A DNA stretch of 64,000 nt from Octopus vulgaris (lineage: Eukaryota): the NCBI GenBank assembly GCA_951406725.2, contig OX597819.1:132060001-132124000 (forward strand), written 5' to 3'. Position numbers and translations under genes: made by a program. Below, in pieces: positions 28,000 through 39,935 of this stretch (position 1 is its first letter; each line of letters begins with the position of its first letter). A model generated the notes under the pieces. The model was not told the origin of the DNA. It did not search any database and saw only the letters and a program-made list of their open reading frames with translations.

Positions 28000-28900
28000 C
28001 AGGTCATTAAGAATGAATTGTCCAATTTTGAACTGAAAGTTTATTTTACTTTATCTCAACAAAAAGCAATGCAGCTAATCAAAGTATGCACCTAAAATAT
28101 GAACACAATTTTGCCATTTTATTGGCAGCTTATTTACGCTGGCAGCAGCGAAGAATTCTGGGGAGCAAAAGGAGATGAAATCACGAAAGGCTGTTTTTGC
28201 ATCTTCTTCAGATTTGAAGATTTTATCTTGCAAAAGTTTGTCTAATGCCTGGAAAACGTGATAGTCAGTTGGTGCAAGGTCTGGTGAATATGGTGGATGA
28301 CAGAATAATTCCAATAGTCTTTTTCGGATTGTGCTTTGGCACTTTGTCTCTATCCAACCACTGTGCAGAACACTTGCTGTTGTTGAATAGAATCCATTTT
28401 TCATCATGCATAACAATACTATGCAAAAATGGTTCGCTTTTATGCCATGACTGCAAAGAACAGCAAGTTTCAAGACAACGAACCAATTGATGTTCGTTCA
28501 GTTCGTGTGGTACCCATCTTGTCCAGCTTCTTTACTTTGCTGATTTGTTTCAGTTGGTCCAATACAGTTGGAATCGAAACATCAAACCTTGCTGCTAACT
28601 TATGGGTAGTGTGAGATGTATCCCCTGCCACTACAGTTTCTAGCTCATCATTATCCACCTTGGTCGGAGGTCTACCATGGGGCTGAGTTTCAAGAGTATA
28701 GTCGCCAGACCCAAACCTCTCAAACCATCGATGTACAGTGCACTCATTTGCCACATCTTCACCAAACACCTCATTGATGTTTCGAACTGTCTGGGATGCA
28801 TTGGTTCCACAACGGAACTCATATTCATAAACAACACAAATTTTTTGATCTATCCATGGGTTCACAAAAGTTGATTTATAAGAGGAAAATCACAATATAA
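28000..28900 (-). mobile_element. Decayed mariner (DD34D) transposon, internally deleted
   Basis: HTH region (YEFRCGTNASQTVRNINEVFG...WFERF), IVMHDEKWI and HPPYSPDLAPTDY lie in different frames; the middle HDNA segment is missing. Confidence 0.9.
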
Positions 28901-29203
28901 TCAGACACCATGAATTGCATTTTGAAAAGTGATGATGTAATTCTTCAATGTTGTAGAACAAAGAATTGTGAGGTTTGTTTACAGCAGTTGTGAGATGTCA
29001 AAAGAAGGACACACACACACACACATTTATCTTAATTTTGAATGGGCAGAAAAGTCATAAAAGTGATTCAAAGGCTTTCATGCATGGCACTTATCAAACT
29101 GATACAAAACCGAGTATGTTATATGAGGTGAGTTCAATTGTTTCTGAAATGGTTAATCAAATATTTGTTGCAGCGTCACATGAAAAGTTTAAAATTTTGA
29201 ATA

Positions 29204-29575
29204 GCAGGAGTGGCTGTTTGGTAAGTAGCTTGCTAACCAACCACATGGTTCTGGGTTCAGTCCCACTGCGTGGAATCTTGGGCAAGTGTCTTCTGCTATA
29301 GCCCTGGGCCGACCAATGCCTTGTGAGTGGATTTGGTAGATGGAAACTGAAAGAAGCCTGTCGTATATATGTATGTGTATGTGTTTGTGTGTCTGCGTTT
29401 GTACCCCTAGCATTGCTTGACAACTGATGCTGGTGTGTTTACGTCCCCGTCACTTAGCGGTTCGGCAAAAGAGACCGATAGAATAAGTCCCGGGGTCGAT
29501 TTGCTCGACTAAAGGCGGTGCTCCAGCATGGCCGCAGTCAAATGACTGAAACATGTAAAAGAGTAAAAAGAGTAA
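29204..29575 (+). mobile_element. Full-length CORE-type SINE (family A)
   Basis: Same architecture as 3929-4317, opposite strand. Confidence 0.9.
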
Positions 29576-30147
29576 ACGAGCTTACTCAATAAACAGAGTG
29601 GTTTTAAGAGAAAATGTATAACACACACACACACTTATTTAATATCATCTGGGTAATAACTTCATAACATGAATTTCAAAGTTCCTATAAGGTTATGGGT
29701 CCAAAACAATGGGAAACTGAATGTGATCCAGCAGCACCCTCAAAGCCACTCCCCTGATGATGTGTGGGTACACAGCTGCTGCTAGATATTTATTTATTTA
29801 CATAATATGGAAAACTCAGCAACAGCTGTTACCAATGCACAGAAACAATTGTTGTGATTTGTGATTAAAGCTTGTTTGTTCCATTCTGTATAAACTTAAA
29901 TCTGTGTGTGTGTGTGTGTGTGTGTGTACACTACAGGACACTCAAACTGACATATGTAAATCAAATGAACTGCTTGCAAATACGGACACATCCATAGATG
30001 ATAATATAAATATACATAAATATTATATGTCAACAGAAATACAATTACTTCATAATTATTCTATGCACACACATCCATACAAGCATATACACATGTATAC
30101 ACTACACTAGCAAGTGAACTTATTTTACACACGTATATACCATAAGC

Positions 30148-30495
30148 TAGCTGCAGATGCTTGTCTAGACCTTGTATTATATATGTTTACAAGGTCTAGA
30201 CAGGCATCTGCAGCTATCAAGCCATGCTAGTCCAGACTGATGACGAGCGAGACTCAGAAACTAGTCTCTGGATACAGGCTTAGTTGGGTGGAGGTGCTTG
30301 TCTCCCCTTTGTAAACATAAGGATACAGGAAATGTGTTAAGGCCGACAGAAAGCGTTAATGCTTCCTAGGGTTAAATAGCGGTGGTGTGATTCCCTTCAT
30401 GGGACTGTCACGTTAAGTTGACAGTATACAACTGCTCTATCGTTCCACCGCTGCTTATATCTCCCTGAGATATTTAGAAATGTAATATTTCTACA
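30148..30495 (+). mobile_element. Penelope-like/retrozyme-like structured element
   Basis: 29-bp-arm hairpin (30148-30216), then hammerhead, then several further hairpins to ~30495. Confidence 0.55.
30219..30281 (+). ncRNA. Minimal type I hammerhead ribozyme motif
   Basis: Stem I TCCAGA/TCTGGA (extended by AAGCC/GGCTT), CUGAUGA (30237-43), stem II GAG/CUC, GAAA (30257-60), palindromic stem III ACUAGU, cleavage triplet GUC (cut after 30266). Confidence 0.8.
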
Positions 30496-30700
30496 TTTTA
30501 TATAGTTGAATCATTAAAGTAGATCTCAATACATTGGTTAGAGTGTATTGGCATGTTTGTTGGCAGTACTGTCCAGTACAGCCCTGGACACACAGACACA
30601 AACAAAAGAAAAAAAAAAAAAGAAAACAGAAACAAGGAAAACCATTCACACAGATAAACATACTGATTTAAATATACACCCCACACATATTATACATACA

Positions 30701-31075
30701 CTTTTACTTGTTTCAGTCATTTAACTGCGGCCATGCTGGAGCACCGCCTTTAAACGAGCAACTCGACCCCAGGACTTATTCTTTGGAAGCCTAGTACTTA
30801 TTCTATCGGTCTGTTTTGCCGAACCGCTAAGTTACGGGGATGTAAATACACCAGCATCGGTTGTCAAGCGATGTTGGGAGGTACAAACACAGACACACAC
30901 ACATATATATACGACAGGCTTCTTTCAGTTTCCGTCTACCAAATCCAGTCACAAGGCTTTGGTCGACCCGAGGCTATAGTAGAAGACACTTGCCCAAGGT
31001 GCCATGCAGTGGGACTGAACGTGGAACCATGTGGTTGGTAAGCAAGCTACTTACTACACAGCCACTCCTGCACCT
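30701..31075 (-). mobile_element. Full-length CORE-type SINE (family A)
   Basis: Near-identical to 3929-4317. Confidence 0.9.
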
Positions 31076-31084
31076 AAAATAACA

Positions 31085-31128
31085 ATCTTAACCGGTTCTC
31101 GATCCTTGTTGGGATCTCATCAGATGTG
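31085..31128 (-). ncRNA. Degenerate hammerhead ribozyme motif
   Basis: Minus strand: CUGAUGA GAUCC-caacaa-GGAUC GAGAA CCGGUU; perfect stem II and palindromic stem III (ACCGGU), but an insertion in GAAA and a weak stem I. Confidence 0.5.
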
Positions 31129-31162
31129 TCTTCATTACTTATATAAATATATATATAAACAA

Positions 31163-31630
31163 TCATCATCATCATCGTTTAACATCCGTTTTCCATGCTA
31201 GCACGAGTCTGGAAAGCCAGGAGGCTGCACCAGGCTCCAGTCTGATCTGGCAGTGTTTCTACAGCTGGATGCCCTTCCTAACGCCAACCACTCCGTGAGT
31301 GTAGTGGGTGCTTTTTATGTGTTACTGGCACAGGTGCCAGGGGAGGCTGGCATCGGCCACGATCGGTTGGTGCTTTTTACGTACCACCAGCATGGAAGCC
31401 AGTCAAAGTGGCGCTAGCATCGACCACATACGGATGGTGCGTTTTACGTGTCACCGGCACAGGTGCCAGGGGAGGCTGTCAACGGCCACGATCGGAGTTG
31501 GTTTTTACGTGCCACCGACACGGAAGCCAGTCAAGGCGACGCTGGCATCGGCCACATATGGATGGTGCTTTATACGTGCCAGGGTAGGCTGGCAACGACC
31601 ACAATCGGTTGGTGCTTTTTACGTGCCACA
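31163..31630 (-). mobile_element. RTE-type 3' UTR repeat with expanded tandem array
   Basis: Same family as 43126-43655; several ~55-60 bp units starting TGCTTTTTACGTGCCAC. Confidence 0.8.
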
Positions 31631-32221
31631 GTCAAGACTAATACAGTCAGGGACTTCTCAACTTCAGCATCTGAGTATTTCCTCAGTAGGCAGAAGTATT
31701 CCAGGGCATTGATTCAACAGAAGACCTCATTGGTCAACAAACACAAACCTAGCTGAGGCTATTGGAAATCTATTTCCCATGCTGGTATGGGTTGGACGGC
31801 TCCACAGGAACTGGCAAAGTCAGAAGACAGCACCAAGCCCTGCTGTCTGCTTTGGTATGGTTTCTATGGCCAGATACCCTTCGCCATGCCGACTGCTTTA
31901 CAGAATGTGGTCTGGGTGCTTTTTACGTGGCACTGGTGCCAGTGGGGAGGGGGTCACCAAATATCTTGCAAGACAAGACTCATCAACTGAGGGAGGGGAA
32001 GTAGTGTTGAGGGACAGAAAAAGAAGTCTTGCATCAGAGAGAAAAGCTGGTTGCCTCAAGTGGGTGTAATTTTAGAGATGCTTAGCAACTGACCCCTAAA
32101 TGGCAACTGCAAGATGAAAGGAGTTAAAAACCAACATCTTCATGGATACAGTCATGTGGGAGCAGTAAGCTATGCATTCATATGGTTTGGGATTCAGTTT
32201 TGCATGGTACTCAAAGCGAGT

Positions 32222-32440
32222 AAGGCAGCGAGCTGCCAGAATCGTTAGCACGCCGGGCGAAATGCGTAGCCATATTTTGTCTGCTGTTACGTTCTGAGTT
32301 CAAATTCCGTCGAGGTCGACCTTGCCTTTCATCCTTTCGGGGTCGATAAATTAAGTACCAGTTACGCACTGGGGTCGATATAATCGACTTAATCCATTTG
32401 TCCCCTCTGTGTTTAGCTCCTTGTGGGTAGTAAAGAAATA
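32222..32440 (+). mobile_element. Full-length family B SINE
   Basis: AGGCAGCGAGCTGCCAGAATCGTTAGCACGCCGGGCG head, B box GAGTTCAAATTCC, tail ...GTGGGTAGTAAAGAAATA. Confidence 0.85.
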
Positions 32441-35400
32441 GGTAGTCAAAGTGAGTGTCTTCTACTATAAAGTAGAGATCAATCCATATCCTGGGCTTTG
32501 GGTGATTGGAAGACAAACTATATGGAAGCCCATGAAATAAGGCATAAAAACACTGGTGATGGTGTCACATAAAAAGCACCCAGTGGCACTCTGTAAAGTG
32601 GTTGGCATTAGGAAGTGCATCCAGCTGTAGAAACCATGCCAAAAGAGACAGTTGGAACATGGTGCAACTCTCCAACCATGCCAGTTCCTCTCACATTGTC
32701 CAACCCATGACAGCAAGGAAAACAGGCATTAAATGATGAGGCTGATGATATTGACGTTCCTTGCTGCCTTGACGACAAGCTGCTCCATACTTCTAAAGAG
32801 CAGTGGGATGGAAAAAAAAAAACACTCCTTATAAGGAATACAGATAACGGTTGGTGGCAGAAGAACATTTTGTCATTAACAGATGCCTCAAATAAATTCC
32901 TGTCCAAATCATAAATGAAAGAACATTTTTATACATCATTATTTTACATTTGCTTTCTCCATATTGACCTCTTGGACAAGATTCATTAAGGCCATATTCT
33001 ACGGCCAGATGCCCTTCCAGTTGCCAACCCTTGGTTGTTTTTGAAGCAATGCCTTTTCTATTTGCTCGCTTTTCACACATTGAAACCAATAAACTTTAAG
33101 ATGTAGAGTTGTGAGAAGTTCTAAATGTGAGAGCACCCGTTGTTCAATGGCATCACAAAAAAGACAATTAGAAAATAAAGCCAGACACACACAAATTATA
33201 TGAGTAATGGGCTTTCGTACAATTTATTATCTCCATATTTTACTTTCAACCGTCATCTGGAGGCTCTAAGAGCAAGGCATCATGCAGGGGAACGAAAGCC
33301 CACATGTGTGTGTGTGTGTGTGTGTTTCTTGCAGTTTGTTTATTCTGTGTAGCTTCTGTTTGTCTAGCTGTGGGGAACAGTGATTAGGTTTTTCTGACAG
33401 AAAGCCAGTGAGGCTGACCAGCTAATCAAACATACCTCTGATTACATAAGGTTAAAGGCTAAGTTTGATGAAGAACACAAGTTTGTTTTGTTAGTAAATT
33501 TACTTCGTTGGAAAGTGTGTTGGCCTAGGTTTGTGGCTTGTGATAGGTAATGGTGTGGTTAAGAAGTTTGTTTCCCAAGCATATGGTTTTGGGTTCAGTC
33601 CCACTATGCGGCACCTTGGGCAAGAGTCTTCTACTACAGCCCTAGGCCAACCAGACCCTTGTGAATGGATTCAATAGATGGAAACTGAAAGAAGCCCATC
33701 GTGTGTATGTATGTATATATATATATATATATATGTCGTTTATAGTAAATCCCCAAAAATGATGAACACACACACACAAAAAAAAGTAATGCGAGGACGT
33801 GGTAGATGTAAAGTATTAGCAGATGCTCAGGGAAAGAAAGAAAGGTGGTTTTACATTTCAAGCAAGGCTCTTTTTCAGAAACAGGAGACAGAGGAAAGTT
33901 CATGAGAAAAGGAAGACGGAAAAAAAACAAAAAACAAAACAAAACAAAAAAAAACAACAACAAAAAACGCCAACAATTCACATGTGGTTACATTTTGAAA
34001 AAAAAAAATATATATGTACATATATGTGTGTGTGTGTGTATGTTTCTGTCTCCTTGTCTTGATATCATGTGATAGTTGTAAATGAGTGTCACTGTTATAC
34101 AAGTGGTGTCATTCATTTTGAAGATTACACAAAAACATGCCTGGCCTTGAGGAAATATTACTAATCTTGCAAAAGGAAGGATCTGGCCGTAGAAAATTTG
34201 CTTCAATAAATCCTGTCCAACCCATGCAAGCATGGAAAAGAGGACATGAACACAATGATGATGATGATGATAACTTGATCAGTATGTTAAACATACTAAA
34301 ACCATTGACTGAACATAAAATCCTTCATTATTAAGTTCACTCAATGTCTTATTCTGAAATATTATTCCCACCGTGGAAATTATTATTAACTGGTTGACTT
34401 ATTCAAATTGAAGAGTTCAGGGTTCAATACCAATGACCAACTTATCCTTTCCTTCCTCTCCACACAGAATAAACTAGAAATACTTCATTGCACTCTGTTA
34501 TTAATTTATTATCTCAGAAACAAAGAAATTCCTCCTGTTTCCTCTCGCAATACAACCAAAACCTGTCTTATTCGATTGTGTAAAGTTGTTCCACTTGACA
34601 CACACACGCACACTCACCAATGAAACATTGTCGGTCATTGTTACAATGTGCAAATATAATGTTACTTAAAAGCTATTCCCCTCATTGATTACACAGAAAT
34701 GATTTGATATTTTTTCCTCATTTCTGACGTTAATAAAACTTCAATCAATCAATGATTTGATCAAGTATTGAGAAAACAAACCCCTTTTGTTGAATAAAGA
34801 CATCACCACCACCACCATTTGCTGTTGTTGTTGTTGTTGCTATTTCCAGACAGTAGTAAAAACAGACATTATTTCAATATTCAGCTCAATTCTAATTCAT
34901 GCCAGTTATTTTAAATTAAAAACTAATGAATCAATTAGAGGTGCACTAAGCAGTGCTGAATGAGACGTAGGTGAGTACAGTCATATTTAAAATGTTCATA
35001 TACACCTGGACATGAAGGGACAAGCTGCAGAAATTGTCTGGAGAGAAAAAGATAATCTCCTGGTCTCCTTCACAAAGGAGAATTTCCCTCTTGAGACCAT
35101 TTCTGCCTTTTCATGTCCGAGTTGTTGTTGTTAAGCAACAAGACAGGTAAGGGTGATTAGCTGATGGTCTAGGGCTTAGGGGCGGGAGACCCCAGACTTT
35201 GGAAAAAAGAGAAAAGTCAAGGGCTCTTCGTTGACGCCTGACACCACTGGGAGGTGGCCCTCGAAGTCGCTGGAAATGGAGATCCCCAGGTCCAAATTCT
35301 TGAACGGCCGTCTGAGTCTGCATGGACATGTTAAATATGGTTGTCTTTCTGTCTCTGTTCTTCCTCTGCTCTCGATCACACTTGGAACTAAGCTGGTGCC

Positions 35401-37726
35401 ACTGGACTTTGTTGGCTGCCGTTTTCTTTGTATCTGGTCACGTGATATTAGCTTCTCTTGTGAGGGTTATGAATTCTCTGTACCATATAGTTCCCAGTCT
35501 TTCTCTCTTCCTCCCTCTGGTGGTAGCCATTTGAAAGTAGTTTTAGAATGGTTTTAATCTTTGTTCTGTAATGATTTTACTGACTAAAATAGTCAGCAGT
35601 TCCCTCATGTAAAAACCCTTCTCTGCTTTTTATTTCTAAAAATCATTAAAGTCATTCGTAGTCACTGTTTACATCATACTCTGTTGGTAGATATTTTGAG
35701 TATCACGTTCTCCATTCCAACAAATAATCCATTGTTTTGCTTTAAACTTAACAACCTGCAATAATTTTTAATCTTGTAATCCTTCTGCTCAACAAATGGA
35801 ACAAAAGAAAACAAATAAAAAACAAAACTGGTACCACAGTGTATAATAAAAAAGGAGGCGAAGAGTGACCTGTTTTAAGGGTGTCGAAAGTTATGAAGGA
35901 TTTCAATGGAAAGCATTAAAGTTGGATGTGAAATAACTTTAACATTTAACCTACAAAAACGTTCCCTCCCTGGGGTTAATCTACAACTGTATTGTAGATT
36001 AATATTTTATACTGTGTAAATCAGTGAGATTTTATTAATGATAGAGAGATGGAAATATATTTTGTCTTTGCAGAGTCTCATTGCAGAAGGCAGACGGTGT
36101 GTAGGCAGGAATGGAGCTTGGAGGAAACATCAAGTAGAAATTTGTTTTAAGTAGCTTAGAGAGGAGGGGAATGGTAGCAGGAATGGTGTCGCAGCCATTG
36201 GTAGGAGCAGAAGAGAAAAGCAAGCAAATAAACCAAAAGACATTTCTTCAGTAAGCCTGCAAAACACAGATATATTGAATATTAACAGTAAGGAACCATA
36301 TTGAATTTCTGAACTTTGTTTTTTAAATATGATATTTCCATTCAGAGGACAGGATGTACTTAGAAAACTTTTCCAAGCTACTAACCTAGTAAGAGCTAAG
36401 CTAGAATGTGTTGGAGAGGAATCGGTATATTCACTATTAGACCTGACAAGTGAGGAACTGAAATCTAAGACTATCAGAGGATTTATAATTTGGAGATAGA
36501 ATGGAAGGAATATTTTTTTTCTTATTTTATAGACAAGAGACTAGCTAAATGGTAAAAAATACTGCCAAATTAATTCTATATTAGCAGTGCTTTCTATGGA
36601 TACAGTCAACAATTTTCTTTTAATAGAGAACAGTTTTGTTGGAAAAGATGTAGAAGCCATGGTTCTAAGGCCATGTATCTTGGTCTGGGGCTTTTCGTTG
36701 CAGACTTTGGCACCCTTAAATGTCATCAATTACAGATTTGTGAATATATTTTCTTGGAGATTAAATTTCTTGAAGGTTTTCTCCAATTCCAGTCTATTTG
36801 ACTTTTGGCTCAGGTCCCAGTAACTGTCAAACATTTGCTCGTAATTAGAGGAATTGCCATCTCTGCTAAAAACATTTTCTTGCCAAATCTTCCATCAATA
36901 ATTCTGAGTAATATTTTCTAAAACTCTTTAATGGTAAAGTCACTAATATCCAAAAATAGGAACAGGAAAATGTGGAGAACAACTATTACAAGACTGTTGA
37001 TGTGGTTGCTGTCGAACGTAAATGGGTTGGTTCTTTAAATTTAGAATTGCAACCGAGAAGAATTATTTACAACAAACATCAATATTACGTAATACACAAG
37101 GAGCACAAATATGTTGAACTGGAAGGAGTATCTGCCAAAGCTTTAAACTAGGAAGCAATATCTATAACATGCAAAACTCGGAGTATCGACAATTTGTTAA
37201 CCTTCAGTTTTCAGATTATTCCCTCAAATATATTTGTTTTGAATTAATCTGGATTATCTTGTAGCTTTCAGATTTCAATGATGTAAGTTTAGTTTTAGAA
37301 TGACATTGTAGGGTTGGCGTGAGGGGCTGGATCTGGCTAGTTCCAGTGTAAAAGAGGTAAAATATTCTGGCCAGTTTGATTGCTAAAGCGTAAAACTAGA
37401 CGGAGTTATATCCAGTGTGCAGATGTAGCAGGAATATTCTACCGTTCTGATATGAAATAAACAAAGAACTAACAGCAGACAATGTGGGAAATGCAAGGAA
37501 CATCAGGTGAGGGAAGGGAACGATATTGGAAAATAATGTGGTGAACACAAGATCACAAACAAATGAAGACAATAGGTGCATTGAGGCGAAAGAAAGACAA
37601 CTAAAGAGGGGGGGGGGAGTGATTTAGGGGGTTGCTGTTCCCTTCTCGGAGTTAAAGATCAACTTTCCTTTCCTATTTTCTCTTCATTTTGTTTTATATT
37701 TAATAAAATTCAAATGACTCAGAATA

Positions 37727-38110
37727 TCTTCTTTATATATAAAAGTCAAGTTGCGTGTCTGTCTCCTACAATTTAGATTCCTAACTACTCCCACATTTTG
37801 CGGTGCAGTTTAACCAAAACCGGGTATCTTATAGTCGTGATTCATATCGAGCCCTTCTGGGTATTAGCGTGAGTCTACGATTTAAAAAAAAAATTATCGT
37901 CATTTTTTTCCATTTTAATGCATTTTTTTTAGCTATTATATAAGGGAAGTAACTCTCTAAAAATGTCTACGATGATTCAACGATTTAAAAAAAAAAAATT
38001 ACCATAATTTTTTTTTCCATTTTTAATGCATTTTTTTGCTATAACTCTCTAAAAATGCTTATATAGTTATTTCCCTTACAAACCCGAGCAACGCCGGACG
38101 ATACTGCTAG
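37727..38110 (+). mobile_element. Non-autonomous Helitron
   Basis: A|TC 5' end, subterminal hairpin CCCGAGCAACGCCGGA, CTAG|T 3' end; a second copy at ~20942-21337 and a 3' fragment ending at 19675. Confidence 0.8.
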
Positions 38111-39056
38111 TATTTCATAAATCAAAATTATCTGGGAGCTTTAATTGCTCATTAATAAACTGTGATTAATTAAGTTTATCCCTTTAGCATTGCAACTGGC
38201 CCCCATATCCAGCCCAAATATTCTCCCTGTCTTATGCTCAAGCCAGACAGATCTGGCCTCTTACACCTACCCTACAATGTTATTCAAAATAATAAACAAT
38301 CACAGCATTGAAGTCTTGAAGCCATGAGACAACATATGATTAATTTGAATCAATGTGAATAAGCAAGCATTACATCAGTCTGAGTGATGTGAGTGAGGAA
38401 AGAAGTGAATCGTCATCTAGAACACACAAGTATTATTAATATGCATTGCAGAACGTCATCACATTGAAACCTCTCTCTCTCCACTTATCTTGGGGAATAT
38501 GCCGTTACAGTACACTTCTTTATCTGGAATCTTCTTTTACAAAACAGCTTACATGGTGAAGGTAGACTGCTTAGATGTAGATAAGGTGAATAAAAACGAA
38601 CCACCGTTTCTTTCAAAAAGGACTCTGACATCATTTTGATGACTGTTTTCCCGTACTTGGATGGAATTTGTTGACGCAGATTTTTCCATCCCACACCAGC
38701 ATGGAAAGTGGACACTAAGTGAATGAAGAAATGATGAGATTTTCTACGACTGGATGCCTTTCCTCCTGCCAATCCTCACCTGCTTCCAAGTCAGTGTTGG
38801 CGAATCAAACTACGTTTGTCAACGGTTCAAAAGGTAAAAGTAGAGGAAACAAAGGCCAAAGCTAGCATTTGATTCAGCTGTATCTGGCCCAAATATTCTA
38901 CCAGCTTTATGTTAAAACTGACTAGATCCAACTCCTTGCACCAACCCTACAATGTCATTCTAAAAGTATGCAAACACACCGTTGAAATCTTAAAGCTACA
39001 AGATAATGAGGGATTAACTCCAAACAACGTGAATAAGCAACACATTTGACCAAGGC

Positions 39057-39520
39057 ATCATCATCATCATCATCATCAGTTAACATCCGTTTTCCATGCT
39101 GGCATGAGTTGGACGGTTTGACAGGTGAAGAGCTGCCCAGGCTCCATGTACCTGTTTTGGCAGGGTCTCTACAGCTGGGTGCCCTTCCTAATGCCAACCA
39201 CTTTACAGAATGTACTGGGTGCTTTTTATGTGGCACCAGCACAGGTGTGTTCACATGACACTGGTACAGGTACATTCTATGTGGCATGAACACCCACAAG
39301 CCCACAAGACTAGGAATGCTCAGCTGGAGATAGTTGCAAGGGACATGCCTGTATGCAAAGACAACCGTCATTTTACTTAGCTTCACATGTCTTCTCAAGC
39401 ACAGCAAAACGCTAAAAGTCTTGCTTCCCTATCATCTCCTCTGTGAAGCTCAACGCTTGAAGATCCTTTCTCACCACTTTGTCCCACATCTTCCTTCCAC
39501 AATTAGGGATCAGCACTTCT
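39057..39520 (-). mobile_element. RTE-clade LINE 3' end (ORF terminus, 3' UTR, (GAT)n tail)
   Basis: WDKVVRKDLQALSFTEEM...RFAVLEKT is contiguous with the GGAAGGGCA(T)CCAGCTGTAG repeat and the GGAAAACGGATGTTAA(GAT)n tail. Confidence 0.7.
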
Positions 39521-39697
39521 TGACTCATAGAAATTGCACGAGCTCTGAATGCTAAAGAGTCGAGTGCATGATATTAGGCTAATCTTGGAATAAAATCATC
39601 AAGGAGATTATATCATATGGAAATATGTTAATGACAGACGAAATGAAGGTAATTAATTTAGTAAAATGTTAAATATTGAGAACTATATTAATTATAC

Positions 39698-39935
39698 AGG
39701 AATTATGTACATTATTTACATTTGACAGATATTTATCCTCATCTTGTTTGTTGTTAACACAACGTTTCAGCTGATATACCCTCCAGCCTTCATCAGGTGT
39801 CTTGGGGAAATTTTGAACCTGGGTTCTCATTCCTAAGGTATTTTTTGATATTAGTATTATTCAGGTCACTGCCTGGAATCGAACTCAGAATGTTGGGGTT
39901 AGTAGCCCGCGCTCTTAACCACTATGCCATGTGCC
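39698..39935 (-). mobile_element. tRNA-headed SINE-like element carrying a hammerhead ribozyme
   Basis: A box TGGCATAGTGG (39929-39919) and B box GAGTTCGATTCC (39886-39875) in a tRNA-like head, followed ~75 nt downstream by the hammerhead at 39801-39756; 3' boundary approximate. Confidence 0.65.
39756..39801 (-). ncRNA. Minimal type I hammerhead ribozyme motif (Penelope-type)
   Basis: Minus strand: GACAC CUGAUGA A GGCUG-gagggtatat-CAGCU GAAA CG UU GUGUU; stem I GACAC/GUGUU, stem II GGCUG/CAGCU, loopless palindromic stem III (AACGUU). Confidence 0.75.

Noticed and set aside
39870-39935. Possible tRNA gene
   Set aside because: A and B boxes are present but there is no complete acceptor stem; interpreted as a SINE head.
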